From NCBI GenBank assembly GCA_036867785.1, contig CP145422.1, forward strand, positions 868,001 to 932,000: a stretch of 64,000 nucleotides of DNA, given 5' to 3'. The notes under the pieces were generated by a model that saw only the letters and a list, made by a program, of their open reading frames with translations, did not search any database and was not told the DNA's origin. This document shows, piece after piece, positions 13,023 to 25,349 of this stretch (the stretch's first letter is position 1; each line of letters starts with the position of its first letter). The DNA is from Plasmodiophora brassicae (lineage: Eukaryota). A program made the position numbers and the translations under genes.

Positions 13023-13443
13023 TCACTAGAGAAGTAACGCCCATCCCGGTTCATCCCGGTTCGCCAGTAAACCGATGTCGCAGGATGGACAATCAGCAAT
13101 AGTCGTAAAGTGTTACCAGGTACCAGTAGAGTGGCATACGCTTTGTCGCGCGACATCGCAATCACCTATGCGTTCGGATCGTTACCGGGTGAGCTCCCTC
13201 CCTCACCCCTTCCACCGCCGTTCAACCAGACATTTCATGAACCTGGCCCTACCGCATTGTTTTCAGACGAAGCAAGCTCGGATCTTGCGAAGTAATTTGC
13301 GAATCGCGCCCCCGCTCGAACCCGGACCGGGTCACTTGGGTGGACAGATGGATTTTTGTGAGGAGAACACTCCAAGCGATTAGCGATCCCAGAATAGATT
13401 GGGCAGTGTCAGACTCGGAGCTGTCTCCTGAGTCGTCGTTGTA

Positions 13444-16400
13444 ATGGGATCGGATGCGACCGAGTCGAAGACGCGCCTCGCGAGTAAATTGGCGTCCCGG
13501 TCGGCTGGCGACCTAGCCTCGCCGACGTTTCAGTCGTCAACCGAGGAACCGACACCTCGGGGGATCATGCGCGTGCGGTCGTCGTTCTTCGACCGGCACA
13601 ATCGGAAGACATCGAAATCGCCGGCGACCTTGTGAGTGACATGTTATCTAGAATACAACTGGTTCGGTTATAAGAGAATTTCTAGAACGAGGTCTCATAC
13701 GCAAGCGTTCACAGAGCTGCTGCCGCTGAACATGCTCGTCCAAGAACGCGACGGGCAAGTCCTCAGCAAGGGAATGGGTACATGAATTAACTGAGCCCCC
13801 ATGATGTGATCCCTGACATGGTTGTAGTTTTGAAGACGGACCGATTTCCGTTCAGCCACGAGTCTATCCCCGAACTCGAAGTCCACGTGTCCGGAGCGCC
13901 AAACTTTAGGCAGATTCAGAACGAGCCCATCCTTGCCTGCGGTCAGCCGTCGCAGCATTCAATTCGTACAATTCTCAACTTGTTGAGAGGAAAAACGGTC
14001 CGATGGGTATGCCTTCGTGAAGGTCAGGCTGCACTGGCCAACGGCAATGAATTCGTGTCCTCTAACGTCTGCTAGAACCGATCGTATATTTGAACAGTCG
14101 ACCATTCGTCCTGCGCGAGCTTGCGCATCCATACCGGAATATAAAGGACTTCGCCGGTATAGAATACCAACGGCTCGAGGCAATTGAGGCGCGCCTCAAG
14201 GAGGATATATTGACTGAAGCTGAGCAAAACCGGTACGGAAGGCACTGTCGATCGATTTCATGCTCTCAGGCGTGTGCAGTGGCAATATCATGGTTCATGA
14301 TGAGGTCACCCGCTTCCACGTTCTCCCATGCTGGGAAAGCGTGACGCCGTCAGCAGTTAAGACCTCACGTGAGGTGTTTCAAGAACTGTCAGATGCGGGA
14401 TACCAGATCACCTATTCCCGCGTCCCAGTCACTCCCGAATCCGTCTTTGACGCAAAGGATATCGTGAGTCCACAGGCTGCGAGTGCTGCCCACCGTCTAA
14501 CTTCTACTACGCAGGATCATCTGGTTCGCGTGTTTCTATATTCCTTGAGATCGTCACTGGAAGGTACGGATGCGGCCACGTCAGGAAATGATATGCACAT
14601 CATGGCGATGACATTTGTCAGGTGTTCTGATATTCTCCTGCCAAATGGGAGGTGGACGATCCACACTCGGGACAATTATCATGCGGCTACTGTACATGCG
14701 GTTCGGGTTAACACGAGATGATTCTGAGGAAACAGCAGCGGCTGTTTCTGAACTGGGCGACACTGCTGATACGAGCAACGTTTCAGCGTACAAGCGCGGG
14801 TAAGTTTGCAATGGCGTGCTGATACTGTAACCGTCATGCTGAAGAAAATCGTGGGATTCCTGTAGCGACTTTCCCGTCATACGACGTCTGTTGCGCGTTC
14901 TATCCCACAGTCAGGAGTCTAAAGATGACGTCGATCTGGCAATCAACAAGTGTGGCGCTGTGCATAACGTTCGTGAAGCTGTGCTGGAAACCCGAAAGCA
15001 AATGGAAATTGCTACGGACGAGAATTCCGCCTTGCTTTCAGCCAAAACGTATGTACCTGTAGCAAAGCCCTATTCCCCAAACGAACGATGCCGTGTGACT
15101 GCAGGACTGCCCTGCGTATCCAACGCTACTTTATGCTGATTTGTTTCGGAGCGTTTCTGCGAAAGCACTTTGAGCCTAGCAATCTGCATCAGTTTATCGT
15201 AAGACTACGACCCAACCATTGGTGATCGTTTTGCAGTATTTGAATACCATATCAGAGCTCGACTGGAGATGATCTTATACCGGGAATCCCAACTTTCGAA
15301 GCATTCATGCGAGATAATTCCGAGCTCATCAAACTATCGCAGCAGTGCCTCGCTGAAGAACAGCTGTCAACGTTTGTGCCGATCAGTTCCGGCTCCGCGA
15401 TTCGTGATAACGAGGATGCCCAAATTGGCCCTGTTATGAAACGAAGAGTGAGCTGCTCGGGGGATCCTCAACAATACTGTATCGCAACTCACGATCGCTC
15501 ATTTCAGGGATCTGTCTTGGGCAAGAACATGATCCTGAAGTCAGTTTATCTATACGACAACATCGTCGATGCCGGCCCCATATCGACCCTGACAACGGCC
15601 ACCGGTAACGCGCCAAATTTCCGTATTATACCCAACGCACCATTGGCTGCATTAGGTATGCGTTACTGATTACCGCATCCCTCGTGAAATCACTGAAACT
15701 TTCGCCATCATAGGGCAGCCTGATCTGACTGGAATCCTCAACTGTCTCGATCGTGTTTCTCGTCAAGCAGGAACCGGAGACCATACCGTGGTCTGGGTCA
15801 ACCTCTCTGCTGAACCGGTCTTGTTTATTGATGGCAGCCCATTCGTTCTCCGGGACTACTTCCATTCGTTTCGGGTGCTGAGGGAATTTGAAGTTGTCCA
15901 TTCCGCTGCACGTCTATCCGAAATTGAACAACGTCTTAAGGTGCACATGATCGTTTCCTTCTTGGGCAAGTTGCTGACGCTTCCTCAGTCGGATACAGTC
16001 CTGGAGTCCGAACAAAGTGAGGGATCCGTTTTACTGCATTTGGAAATGTCCAAGTCGCGAATTCGTCCTGAGTACATCCAGCTCGGAGACGCGAGTCGTC
16101 GCATCCGTACAACTGTTGAGATCTTCGACGATATTGGGGTCAACCACTCGGATATGAGGTCCCGGTCGTGTTGAGAATTGGAACTGTTCCGAATGGCCTC
16201 ACGTATGGCGCGGTATAGGATTTTGTATAAGCACGTTCCCCTGAATGCACACGGTGCTCCGACACCACATTCGATCAGCCAACTCGTTGAAACCATCGTT
16301 GGTAGTATTGTGCCTGGGTCGACCGTCATTTTCAATTGCAAGGTAATTGTGAGGCGCAATGGCGGGTCTTCGTGTTGTAATCCCTTCACTCAGAATGGCC

Positions 16401-18321
16401 GTGGCCGGTCTGCAATGGCGGTGACGACTTCCCTCCTCGTCATGATGCACATGGGGATTATTCACTTGAAATCACCGAGTGATGCACCAATCGTCGTTGA
16501 TGACGGTGACGTGCACGTTTCTTCACCAGATCCGCTTCAATTAAGCTGCAAAGCGATATTGTCCTTAACCCGAATTCTTAAGAACGGGCGGCAGGTTCTT
16601 CGCGAAGTCGATTCTGCCATTGCGATGTGTGGCGACGTCTACCATCTTCGGGACGCCATGTTCGATGCTCGCATGCAGTGGGAAACTGATCGCGTGTCGG
16701 ATGAGAAGTCCGATATCTACTTGGAGAAGTGCATCCAACATCTTGAGAGGTACGGGCTGGTTGTATGCGTGAACTCCTACCTCCACGACAGGTTCAAGGC
16801 GAAGCTTCCGCCCAACACAACGTTTGCTTCATGGCTCGCTGATCGCGGAGAGATTCAGCTCTGGCTCAGCAATATTCGTGCACATCCAGAGGATGCGCTT
16901 AAGCTGCCAACAGTCCTGGCAACGGATGTCAATGCGGCTGTCTACGAAAATCGAACAGGCAGTGTTCTGGTTCGGCTGTCGGTTCTGAAAGGAGACTACT
17001 TCCCAGGGAGCCAGCGTGCTGATCTCATTCCATACCTCAATGGTGCGCCAAACTTCCGTCTTATTCCATCTATGCGTGTCGTTGGCGTTGCTGTTCCTAC
17101 ACGGATTGGCGTTCGCAACGTCATCGCCCAAGTCAAGCAACAGCTCCCCGATGTTGAGTTCGTTTGGGTCAGCCTTCGTGAAGAACCGTTGGTTTACGTT
17201 AACAACTTCCCATTCGTTTTAAGGTACGTGCCGATGTGATGTGCTTGTCGGTGAGCGCCTTGCTAACCGGGTTGGCTCACAGGGACGTGGATAATCCTTA
17301 CAACAATCTGGTTCACACCGGTATTACCACTCGTCGCGTTGAAGGTAAGCCGTTGAGCTAATGTGTTCCTGTGAGGTCGTGTTGACTGACGTACTGTCCG
17401 GTGTCACAGCAATGGAAAAGCAGCTGAAGCGTGATATTCTCGAGGTAGGCATCACGTTCGCATCCTTATGCGCCTGATGTCGTCAATCTCACGTTGCTGC
17501 ACTTTGACAGGAGGCGCAGAAGTATGGTGGCAAGATACTATTGCACGACGAAGCCGAAGATGGTGCATATTGCCATCAAGCGACTTAGGTGACATCGTTG
17601 ACTGACCGTTGTTTCAGGAAATCTCGTTTCATTCTGGGAGGAAGTCGGGAGCCCCGACAGCGTGCTGACCAGCAGAGAGATGTTCTCGGGGTCACTGCTT
17701 GGTGACCAGATGTACCATCGGATTCCTATAACCGACGAGCACGCACCACTTCCTGAAACGTTTGACCAGATAATCAACGTTCTGAAGACAACACCTCCTT
17801 GCGGTTCGCAGTACTGCTTCGCCTGGAACTGTCAAATGGGTCGTGGCCGAACCACGACTGGAATGGTGATCTGCTGCCTTCTCTCCCTGCACTGGCCGAA
17901 TTCGAATATTCAACTGTCTGCACCGCCGTCGCCGAGATCTGAAGAGGATGCGGACCCGCATTTGGCGGGCAATTTCAAGATCATCAAGAACCTGATTCGG
18001 GTATTGCCCAAGGGTCCTCGCATCAAACAGGAAACAGATCGTGTCATCGACCTGTGCAGTACGATGCAGAACCTTCGTCTGGCGATCAGCGAGATGAAAC
18101 AGCGATCCGAATCTGCTGTGACGGCGACAATGCGGTCGCAGAATCACGAACGCGCTATCGACTACCTTACACGATACTTCTACCTTATCGCGTTCAACGC
18201 GTTCCTATGGGACTGGCAAGGCATAGGTGCCGACTCTGCCCTGGCCCCGAATTCGTTCCAATCCTGGATTGAAGACCGACCTGAGATCACCAACCTTCTA
18301 AAGAAAGTTGACCTTGTTTGA
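13444..18321 (+). CDS. PALD1: Paladin-like protein with three PTP-like phytase/inositol-phosphate phosphatase domains, many introns
   Basis: Repeated modules GAPNFR, W-x-x-LREEP, Y-x-R-x-P-x-T, and CX5R motifs CQMGGGRST, CKNGRGRSA (spliced) and CQMGRGRTTTG, each followed by L-x-RY. Confidence 0.88.
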
Positions 18322-18706
18322 TTGACCTTCGTGGGCAGTTGTATTATTGCAGAGTCGTTGACTGAAGGCACAGTTAAAACTGCACAGGATCGGTTCGTAG
18401 GCTCACCATTCGGGGCGTGGGCTCGCACGTGAAAGCGTCTACGACTGCAGACCACCGACGATGTTTTTGAGGGTGTCGCCGATGGTTCGCTAGCCAGCAG
18501 GGCTGTTTAATGCGCTTGCATAGGTTCGCTTCATTGCGGATCAGGACCTGTCTGCGTGCTGGCCAGATTTATGCGCACCGTGTGGTTGCCACTGGCTGCT
18601 TGCAGCTTTAGAGATTGCAGTCGCCAGTCGGCACCTCAGTGCGAGCTGCAGCGGCGGCGTCTGGAATGGACCGAAGGTTCCAACTTGTCGACGGCGCCAT
18701 TCCGTA

Positions 18707-20414
18707 ATGAGAGCGGCGGTCGTGGCGGCCTGCGCGGCGGTCGCCGCCGTGACCTATGTGTCGATCCGATGGGTGAACGCGACGGTCCCGGACCCGTACA
18801 TGGACGAGCCGTTCCATGCGGGGCAGACGGTGACGTATCTTCGTGGGCGGTGGACGGAATGGGACCCGAAGATCACGACGCTGCCCGGGTTGTATGTCGC
18901 CAGCGTGATCATGTGCCGGGCCATGCCTTGGATCGTAAGCCAGCGCTTGTTTGTAGATCGGCTCTGACTGACGCCCGCTCGTTTAGGATTGTGAGCAAGT
19001 CACCTCGCTGCGTATGCTGAATGTCTTCTGGGTGACTGCCCTGTTCTTGTGCCTGTACCACCTTTTGTCGTTGTTGAACACGACGTCGAGTCGTGTGGGT
19101 TTGCGATCATCGAACCATATCGGAATCCAAACTGATGCGGGACTCGTTGTAGGCTGTTCTGAAGGCGCTGGAGATTATGACACATCCTGTACTTGCGTTT
19201 CATTCGCTGCTGTTCTATACGGACGTGCCATCGTTGACGATGGTGCTGTTAACATGGATTGCCGTACGACATGACCGAATGGTTGCGGGCGGGATTGCAG
19301 GACTCGCTGCCGTTTGCTTCCGACAAACCAACATCATATGGGTGGCGTGGGCTGCCTTGCAGGTCATCGTGGCAACGTACCACGCGCAAGCAAGCCAGGC
19401 GGCGAAGAGTACGCGTGAAATGGGTTTGCAATTCGCTCTCATGCTGACTGTTTCTGCAGAGTGGTTGTTACCCCACTTCATACTCTGGGCGCTTCGGAAC
19501 GTGCAACAATTGTTTAAAGTTCTGTTTCCGATCATTGCTGTCGGGATTGTGTTTGCGGCGTTCGTAGTCGCGAACGGGTCGATCGTCGTCGGTATGCCGA
19601 TTCGTGCGAATGCACTCAATGTCGCTGACGCCCATTTTAGGCGATCGGACGAATCATGTTGCTGTTGTGCACCTCCCGCAAGTGCGTCCACAAACAGTTT
19701 GCTTGTTTAAACGTTCGACTGAGCCATGCGCCAGCTACTGTACTTTTGTGCATTCGCGTGTGTGTTCATGTGGCGGTTACCTCGGCATCTCCCAAACCTG
19801 CCTCTAATAGCCGCGTTGGCTCCACTTGCTATCCTGGCAGTGCACTACAAGACGTATGTGGTGATTGTACACCTATTTCTCTTCAGCAGAGTCAGTTTGG
19901 TCTCGCAGGTATGCGCATCCATTCATCCTTAGCGACAACCGTCATTACACGTTTTACGCCTGGAAGGTAACGCCCGCCCGGACTGTCGTTGCGTTCTCCC
20001 GGTTCACACTTGGACAGAACTTCTTCCAGAGGTATTCATGGTTTCGGTATGCCGTGATCCCGGTCTACCTTCTAGCGGTTGACATGATAGTTCGCATCAT
20101 CGGTAGGCAGATGCCAACATGGGCTGCTCTAACCGGGTAGCTGAGTGTCAGCCGCAGGCACGTCCAGGCCGTTTCTTTGGCAAGCTTTCTATTGGATATG
20201 CACCGCCGCCTGCCTTGTACCATCCCCCCTAATTGACACCCGGTATTTTATCGTCCCTTTCGTGGTAATCCAACTAGAGGAAACTCAGCTCTCAATTCGC
20301 GCGATATCCTGGCGGATCCTTGCTAATTGCTCGGTTCATCTTGTGGTGCTGTGCGTATTCCTGCTGCGGCCATTTACCTGGGCAGACGGATCTACCGCTA
20401 GGTTCATGTGGTAG
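18707..20414 (+). CDS. ALG10: Dol-P-Glc alpha-1,2-glucosyltransferase (ALG10/DIE2), multi-exon
   Basis: [11 protein letters not shown]...[40 protein letters not shown]-terminal RFMW. Confidence 0.93.
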
Positions 20415-20439
20415 GTGATCAAGGGAGACACATGAACGG

Positions 20440-21997
20440 TGCACCCGTCGCTGAGGATGCACCCTGTACCTGACAGCGGGGCAGAGTGCCATACGTAAAC
20501 ACCGATTTACCGCAATTGTCTTTGACAAAGTTTCCTGTGATAGTGTCACGACCAGAGACGTAACGTGCACGTCTGTCCGAACGTTCTGAGGTTCATGACC
20601 ACGCAAATCAGTTCGCATTCGGTGGTCAACTGGTCATTCAAGATCGTGTTTGTCATCGGGTCACTGACGCGGTGACGCCTCGATGCGCGTGGGCTCAGTG
20701 GGATACACTCTCTCATTTATCACCTGCTCGGGACCGGCCCAGTTAGTTCATCAGTGAATTGCGCTAGTGCATAGATATACCGTGCCCGTAGCAGGAATCT
20801 CAAGTGACAACTCGACGACCTTTAGTCCACGTGTGATGTTTGACGTTGAATACGGCGGTAGGGACAGGCGAAGGTTTCCGCTCTTCATGTCCACATTCCG
20901 GACAGCACACGACGCGACCAGATACCATTGTCTCAACATCCCATTCGAGAATGTCGCGCAGGTACCAAGGTGAAGGATCCAGCTGCAATAGCGAGGAGCA
21001 CACGGCAGGGCTTCCAAACCGAACAAGAAGTTGACACTGGCGTAAACCTCTGAGAACGGAGCCGTCCAGCTGGGCCTTCAGGTTCTCCCGAACATGATCG
21101 AGGGCAGTCTGCACGACCTTCGAGGCAGACAAATATCGCGGACTACTCGACGCAAGGGCATGGTTAGAAACACTGGCCTGTTACCAGCAGGCACATGCAT
21201 ACCCTCAACATTGATCATTACCATCGCGACCGTCACTGTCTTCCTCCAATGTACCGTCGTCGAGTCCTGTAGCATTGCGAGCTACTTGCTCGACCCATTA
21301 CTCAGAGCCGTCACCGTCAATGTTTTATACGATGGGTGGATCATGGAACATAGACGGTGGTGTCTCGTTCAAACGTCCGTTGCCGTCGGAGATCAACGAA
21401 AGACAGGTCGATCGACGATATCGGTCGCGGGAGCTGATGGCGGAGATGACGCTGCCTCCGACGACATGGATGACTCGGAGCATTGGCGGCTGCCGCATAG
21501 CCACGGATCAAGCCTGTAGCGCATCAACATGCTGCCAAACGCAATAGCGTTGGTAAGAGCTCGAGACGGAGGGTTTATACCCGCGATGTGCGGCTCTGGG
21601 CCTATCACGTGCGAGCGGTGCAGTCGCAGGGTCTGGTCGCAAGGGAGCATTACCGGCATGGCTTGACTTACGGGGGCCATGTGGGGCAATCGCAGGTGCT
21701 GCAGGCAACACCAGCACTGGAGTCGATGTCGACGGTGCGACGGGCTCGAATAACGACGTGGCTTGGCTGCTGGAAGTCGTCAGATTGAGCAACTAGCGCC
21801 GCAGGCGCAGACGCCACTGGAGACAACGGCGAGATGAGCCCATTGACTTTAACGGATTGTCTATCGGCCGACAAGTACCATGTCGACGCGGTAGGCACCC
21901 GAGAATATGCTGTCCAGATGATGTAGAGGGCGCAGGGGCCTTCTTCCTTCCAGCGCTCCGCCGATAGCCACGACCCATCATAGACGAACAGACGCAT
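20440..21997 (-). CDS. Hypothetical multi-exon protein
   Basis: Chain of minus-strand coding-like segments separated by GT-AG-like gaps, starting MRLFVYDGSW; no domain recognised; ends approximate. Confidence 0.35.
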
Positions 21998-22356
21998 CGT
22001 CAGTACAAATCCCCGCCGATGGCTCAAACGAGGAAGCCCAAGGGGAGAAATCAGTAATCACCGAGTCGCAAGTTGAGGTCAATTAGGACGTAGCTCGATG
22101 CACTGCGTGGAGCAACGCAGTCAGCGCGTACTATTTTTGCGGGGAAGGGTGCTCCGCCTCAACAATAATAGACCTGCGCCTCAATTGCGTACGGCATACG
22201 CGCCCGGAGTTCGAGCCAGGATGTCAATTGCACAAACGCTCACAACCTGAGTTGAGCGCAACAAGAGACACGAGCAGACGGGGTAGTGAACCACGTACAA
22301 GACGGCGCACAGGCACCAGCTGGTTTACAATCTGGGCTAGCCGACTCCGCAGACAG

Positions 22357-23901
22357 ATGGTCATGAAGGGGGATCTTCAGCTCTTGTTGCTGGTGCTCGC
22401 CATCACCCTGGCGATCAATGTAGCCATGAACATGTCGGGACGACTGCCGGGAGGACGACCGCCGGCGATTCAGTGTTCTACCTACACCTACCAAACCAGT
22501 GGGTCCTGGAACCTGCCCGGCATCGACTCAGCCATCCGGGCCGCCGAGTACCTAATTTCAGAAGGCCAACATTTTGAAGCAAATTGGAATTATGCTCATC
22601 CAGAACACGGTCCGCAGGACGTCGGCCATGCATTCAACGTCTACAGTGATGACAGACGACATGCAGATCCGCTCTCGCAACATGCTGAGAGTGTCCATCG
22701 ATACTGGTGGGAGAATATCGCGTCTGCGCACAGGCCAGCTGAACGTCAGCCTGCCGATCATGATCGCGCCAGGGACGACGACTGGTTCTCCGTCGACTGC
22801 GTTGTTTGCAGAGATCCCATTCGAGACGGGTTCGCGTTCTCCGGCCACCCTCTACCAGTCTGCCGTGCGTGCGGCCAAGCCGAGAACGATGTCACACAGG
22901 CAGCGGCGAACGTGTCTCCGGCTGCGCAGCGATCGACTGAAGGCGACGAGGCATTGACGATGAGCAATCGAACGGAATATGTGGCCGGGGACGATGTCGA
23001 CGTCTTTGCTTTGACCGGGGACCCAGCTGTAAATCGGACCGGTGGTTACGATAACCACGCAGCGACAGGCGGCCCAGCAGCACCTCAAACGGACGACCAG
23101 GATGACAGGTCGGATGACAAGGGAGGAGAAGTACTGGAGGGGCGCGATTGCCTCATCTGCACGGAGCCCATTCGTGGCAGGCCCGCATTCGAGGACCCCA
23201 GCCATGAACCAATCTGCCGGCGGTGTGAACGCACGAATGTCATCAACCAGATCAGGGCGAGTGCACATCCAGTTCGCTGCTGTAACGGGTGCTGTACGTA
23301 CACGCACACAGAGCTGATGCAGATGGTCACCGGGCCCAGGCGCTCGGCTGTTAGGCAGCTGCTCGAGAACTCGATGCTGCAGCGATCAATGCAACACCCC
23401 TGGCATTGCCCTGCCGCGTCCTGCGAGTACCAAGGCGAGCTCGAAGCCCCGCCTGCTGAGAACCGACCTGCGATGATCTCCTGTCCGCAATGCGAAACGG
23501 TGTCGTGCATGGCGTGCCACGAGCTGTGGAGGGCGGGCGACCTGGAACACTTTGGCTATACGTGCGACGAGTTCGCCAGAGCCAAGCAGGACGGCACCCA
23601 GGCCGCGATTCGACAATCGACGAAGCCGTGTCCGGAGTGTCGTGTACCAATCGAGAAAGATGAAGGGTGCCTGCACATGCAGTGCCGGTGCGGTCACCAT
23701 TTCTGCTGGAATTGCATGCGACCTTGGACGGGCCATGGCAACTTCTACAGATGCCGCGACATGCCGGTGGCAGGCGTGCAAACGCAACCCGAAGTGCCCG
23801 TCGTCGACGTCCGACTACAACCGCGACGGCACCCGAGCTTCCAACGCCGCGCTCGACGAAGCCTGAGCCGCATTGTCCAGCTCTGCATCTGTCACAACTG
23901 A
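22357..23901 (+). CDS. Signal-peptide RBR (RING1-IBR-RING2) E3 ubiquitin ligase, copy A, intronless
   Basis: N-term MVMKGDLQLLLLVLAITLAINVA; IBR CPAASC...CPQC..CMACH..H..YTC; RING2 TKPCPECRVPIEKDEGCLHMQCRCGHHFCWNC with catalytic Cys. Confidence 0.88.
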   Translation: MVMKGDLQLLLLVLAITLAINVAMNMSGRLPGGRPPAIQCSTYTYQTSGSWNLPGIDSAIRAAEYLISEGQHFEANWNYAHPEHGPQDVGHAFNVYSDDRRHADPLSQHAESVHRYWWENIASAHRPAERQPADHDRARDDDWFSVDCVVCRDPIRDGFAFSGHPLPVCRACGQAENDVTQAAANVSPAAQRSTEGDEALTMSNRTEYVAGDDVDVFALTGDPAVNRTGGYDNHAATGGPAAPQTDDQDDRSDDKGGEVLEGRDCLICTEPIRGRPAFEDPSHEPICRRCERTNVINQIRASAHPVRCCNGCCTYTHTELMQMVTGPRRSAVRQLLENSMLQRSMQHPWHCPAASCEYQGELEAPPAENRPAMISCPQCETVSCMACHELWRAGDLEHFGYTCDEFARAKQDGTQAAIRQSTKPCPECRVPIEKDEGCLHMQCRCGHHFCWNCMRPWTGHGNFYRCRDMPVAGVQTQPEVPVVDVRLQPRRHPSFQRRARRSLSRIVQLCICHN

Positions 23902-24529
23902 TCCGGGCTCATAAAACATGTACAACGCTCTATATGAAAAAGTCATCTTGACCTTATATATACAATGTACGCCTCTGCCCAACTAACAATGCCTTCCTGT
24001 ATGTAGCAGAAACTGCAGCAACTATGTTGTTTGGCCCAGGTTTTCGTTTATCGCAGGTGGGGCATCGTCTTGATCGCCGTCCGTTGGCCACTCATGAATG
24101 GTTCAACGTCGACAAATGTTGTATCGCAACGCGCCACGAACTGTTTACGCGCGGGCATGAGGTGCGCTCAAGCCGCCAGCTCCAAACAATGGACTCCCGC
24201 TGGACGTCTTCTCGGATTGGGCGTTGACAATGCGTCACCATGTCGTCTCATTTGGATCTGAGGTTCTCTGCGGAACGTTATCGGGCACAGCCTCGCTGCA
24301 AGTCGAAGATATTAAGGTGGATGATGGCGACGCCGGCGTAAATGTTAACTTTTTCGATATGCGCCCAGCACTTGTCTCGATCTCCTCTTTCTACGCCCGC
24401 GCCTGGCCGCTGAAGAACGCGAACAGGCGTAGAAAAGAGGAGACCGAGACACATAACCGAGACACCACCTAACGACCTTAACGGGCATTTGCGTACAACC
24501 CAACACAACAGCTGGTGCCTAGAAGGGAA

Positions 24530-24760
24530 CCGAAAGTCTCATGTCATAACGAGAACGACATCGGCTGTCGCCGACATGGATGCCAACGCGGTACCAGAAG
24601 CCGTCCAGAGCTAACATGGCACCTGGTAGGGACCAGATACGAAGCAGAAGCATTATCTGCAAGCAGCACTACCCGACGATGGACTACCAGGCCAGCTGTG
24701 CCCTTGCTGGGCATGAAGTCCCGAAACAAGGCGATCCGCGAATCGTCCAGTACAGTTTGA
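24530..24760 (+). repeat. Dispersed degenerate copy of the sequence forming the 8.5-8.9 kb hairpin
   Basis: Shared CGGCTGTCGCCGACATGGATGCC, ATGGACTACCAG and GCTGTGCCCTTGC(C/T)GGGCATG(G/A)AGTCCCGAA; translation MDYQ..ASCALAGHEVPKQGDPRIVQ with in-frame stops upstream. Confidence 0.8.
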
Positions 24761-25315
24761 AGTGGCATTCGAACAACCCCTGCAAAGTGCCCAAGACAGC
24801 CGGCCTCTGCTCCTGACAAAGAATGTTGGTATGCAGTCCAACTGCTTGGAATTCCGTATCACACGATTGATTGGTGGTCAACGGTATGCATTGCCGATTT
24901 CGCATCGAGTAATCGCCGTCCACCAACCATTGAGCTTGCAGCGGCCCGAGGCAGGCTCGAAGGAACGTCAGAGAGAGCAGGCGCGACGTCGAGAACAGGA
25001 ATTGAATATTACCTGTGCGTGTGCAGCGCTTGCTATATTGCATATCGACTAAGTATGCACGTATGGGCGACATCGTCGACGACCTCGATATTCCGCGACA
25101 GTGGGCAGGATACAAAGGTCGATCACCAGCCATGCAGTGACAATCTGCACTGTATCGCGGCAACCATCAAGTTCAGTATGCTTAGTCTACGAGAACTGCA
25201 CGACGTCAACCTACTTCATCTTATGCTACAGAAATCATGCAGTAGACGCCCGATCAACTTTATCTGAGGTGGTGAGTGACCAGCAACAGAGCGATACACA
25301 GGTGGCAACCCCGCT

Positions 25316-25334
25316 GCGGACTCCGTGACGGACT
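25316..25334 (+). promoter_or_regulatory. Candidate ribosome-biogenesis element GCGGACTCCGTGRCGGACT
   Basis: 18/19 identical to the element before the NOL8-like gene; both lie 15 nt before the ATG. Confidence 0.6.
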
Positions 25335-25349
25335 CCGCAGATCACGAGA

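Noticed and set aside
20440-21997. Possible TopoVIB-like identity for the hypothetical gene
   Set aside because: Only a vague helix resemblance; needs HHpred on a confirmed gene model
22228-22356. Upstream extensions of RBR ORFs in the ORF track (also 48933-49169 and 53789-53932)
   Set aside because: They begin at non-ATG codons or in the minisatellite; the paralogs align from the downstream ATG that starts the hydrophobic signal
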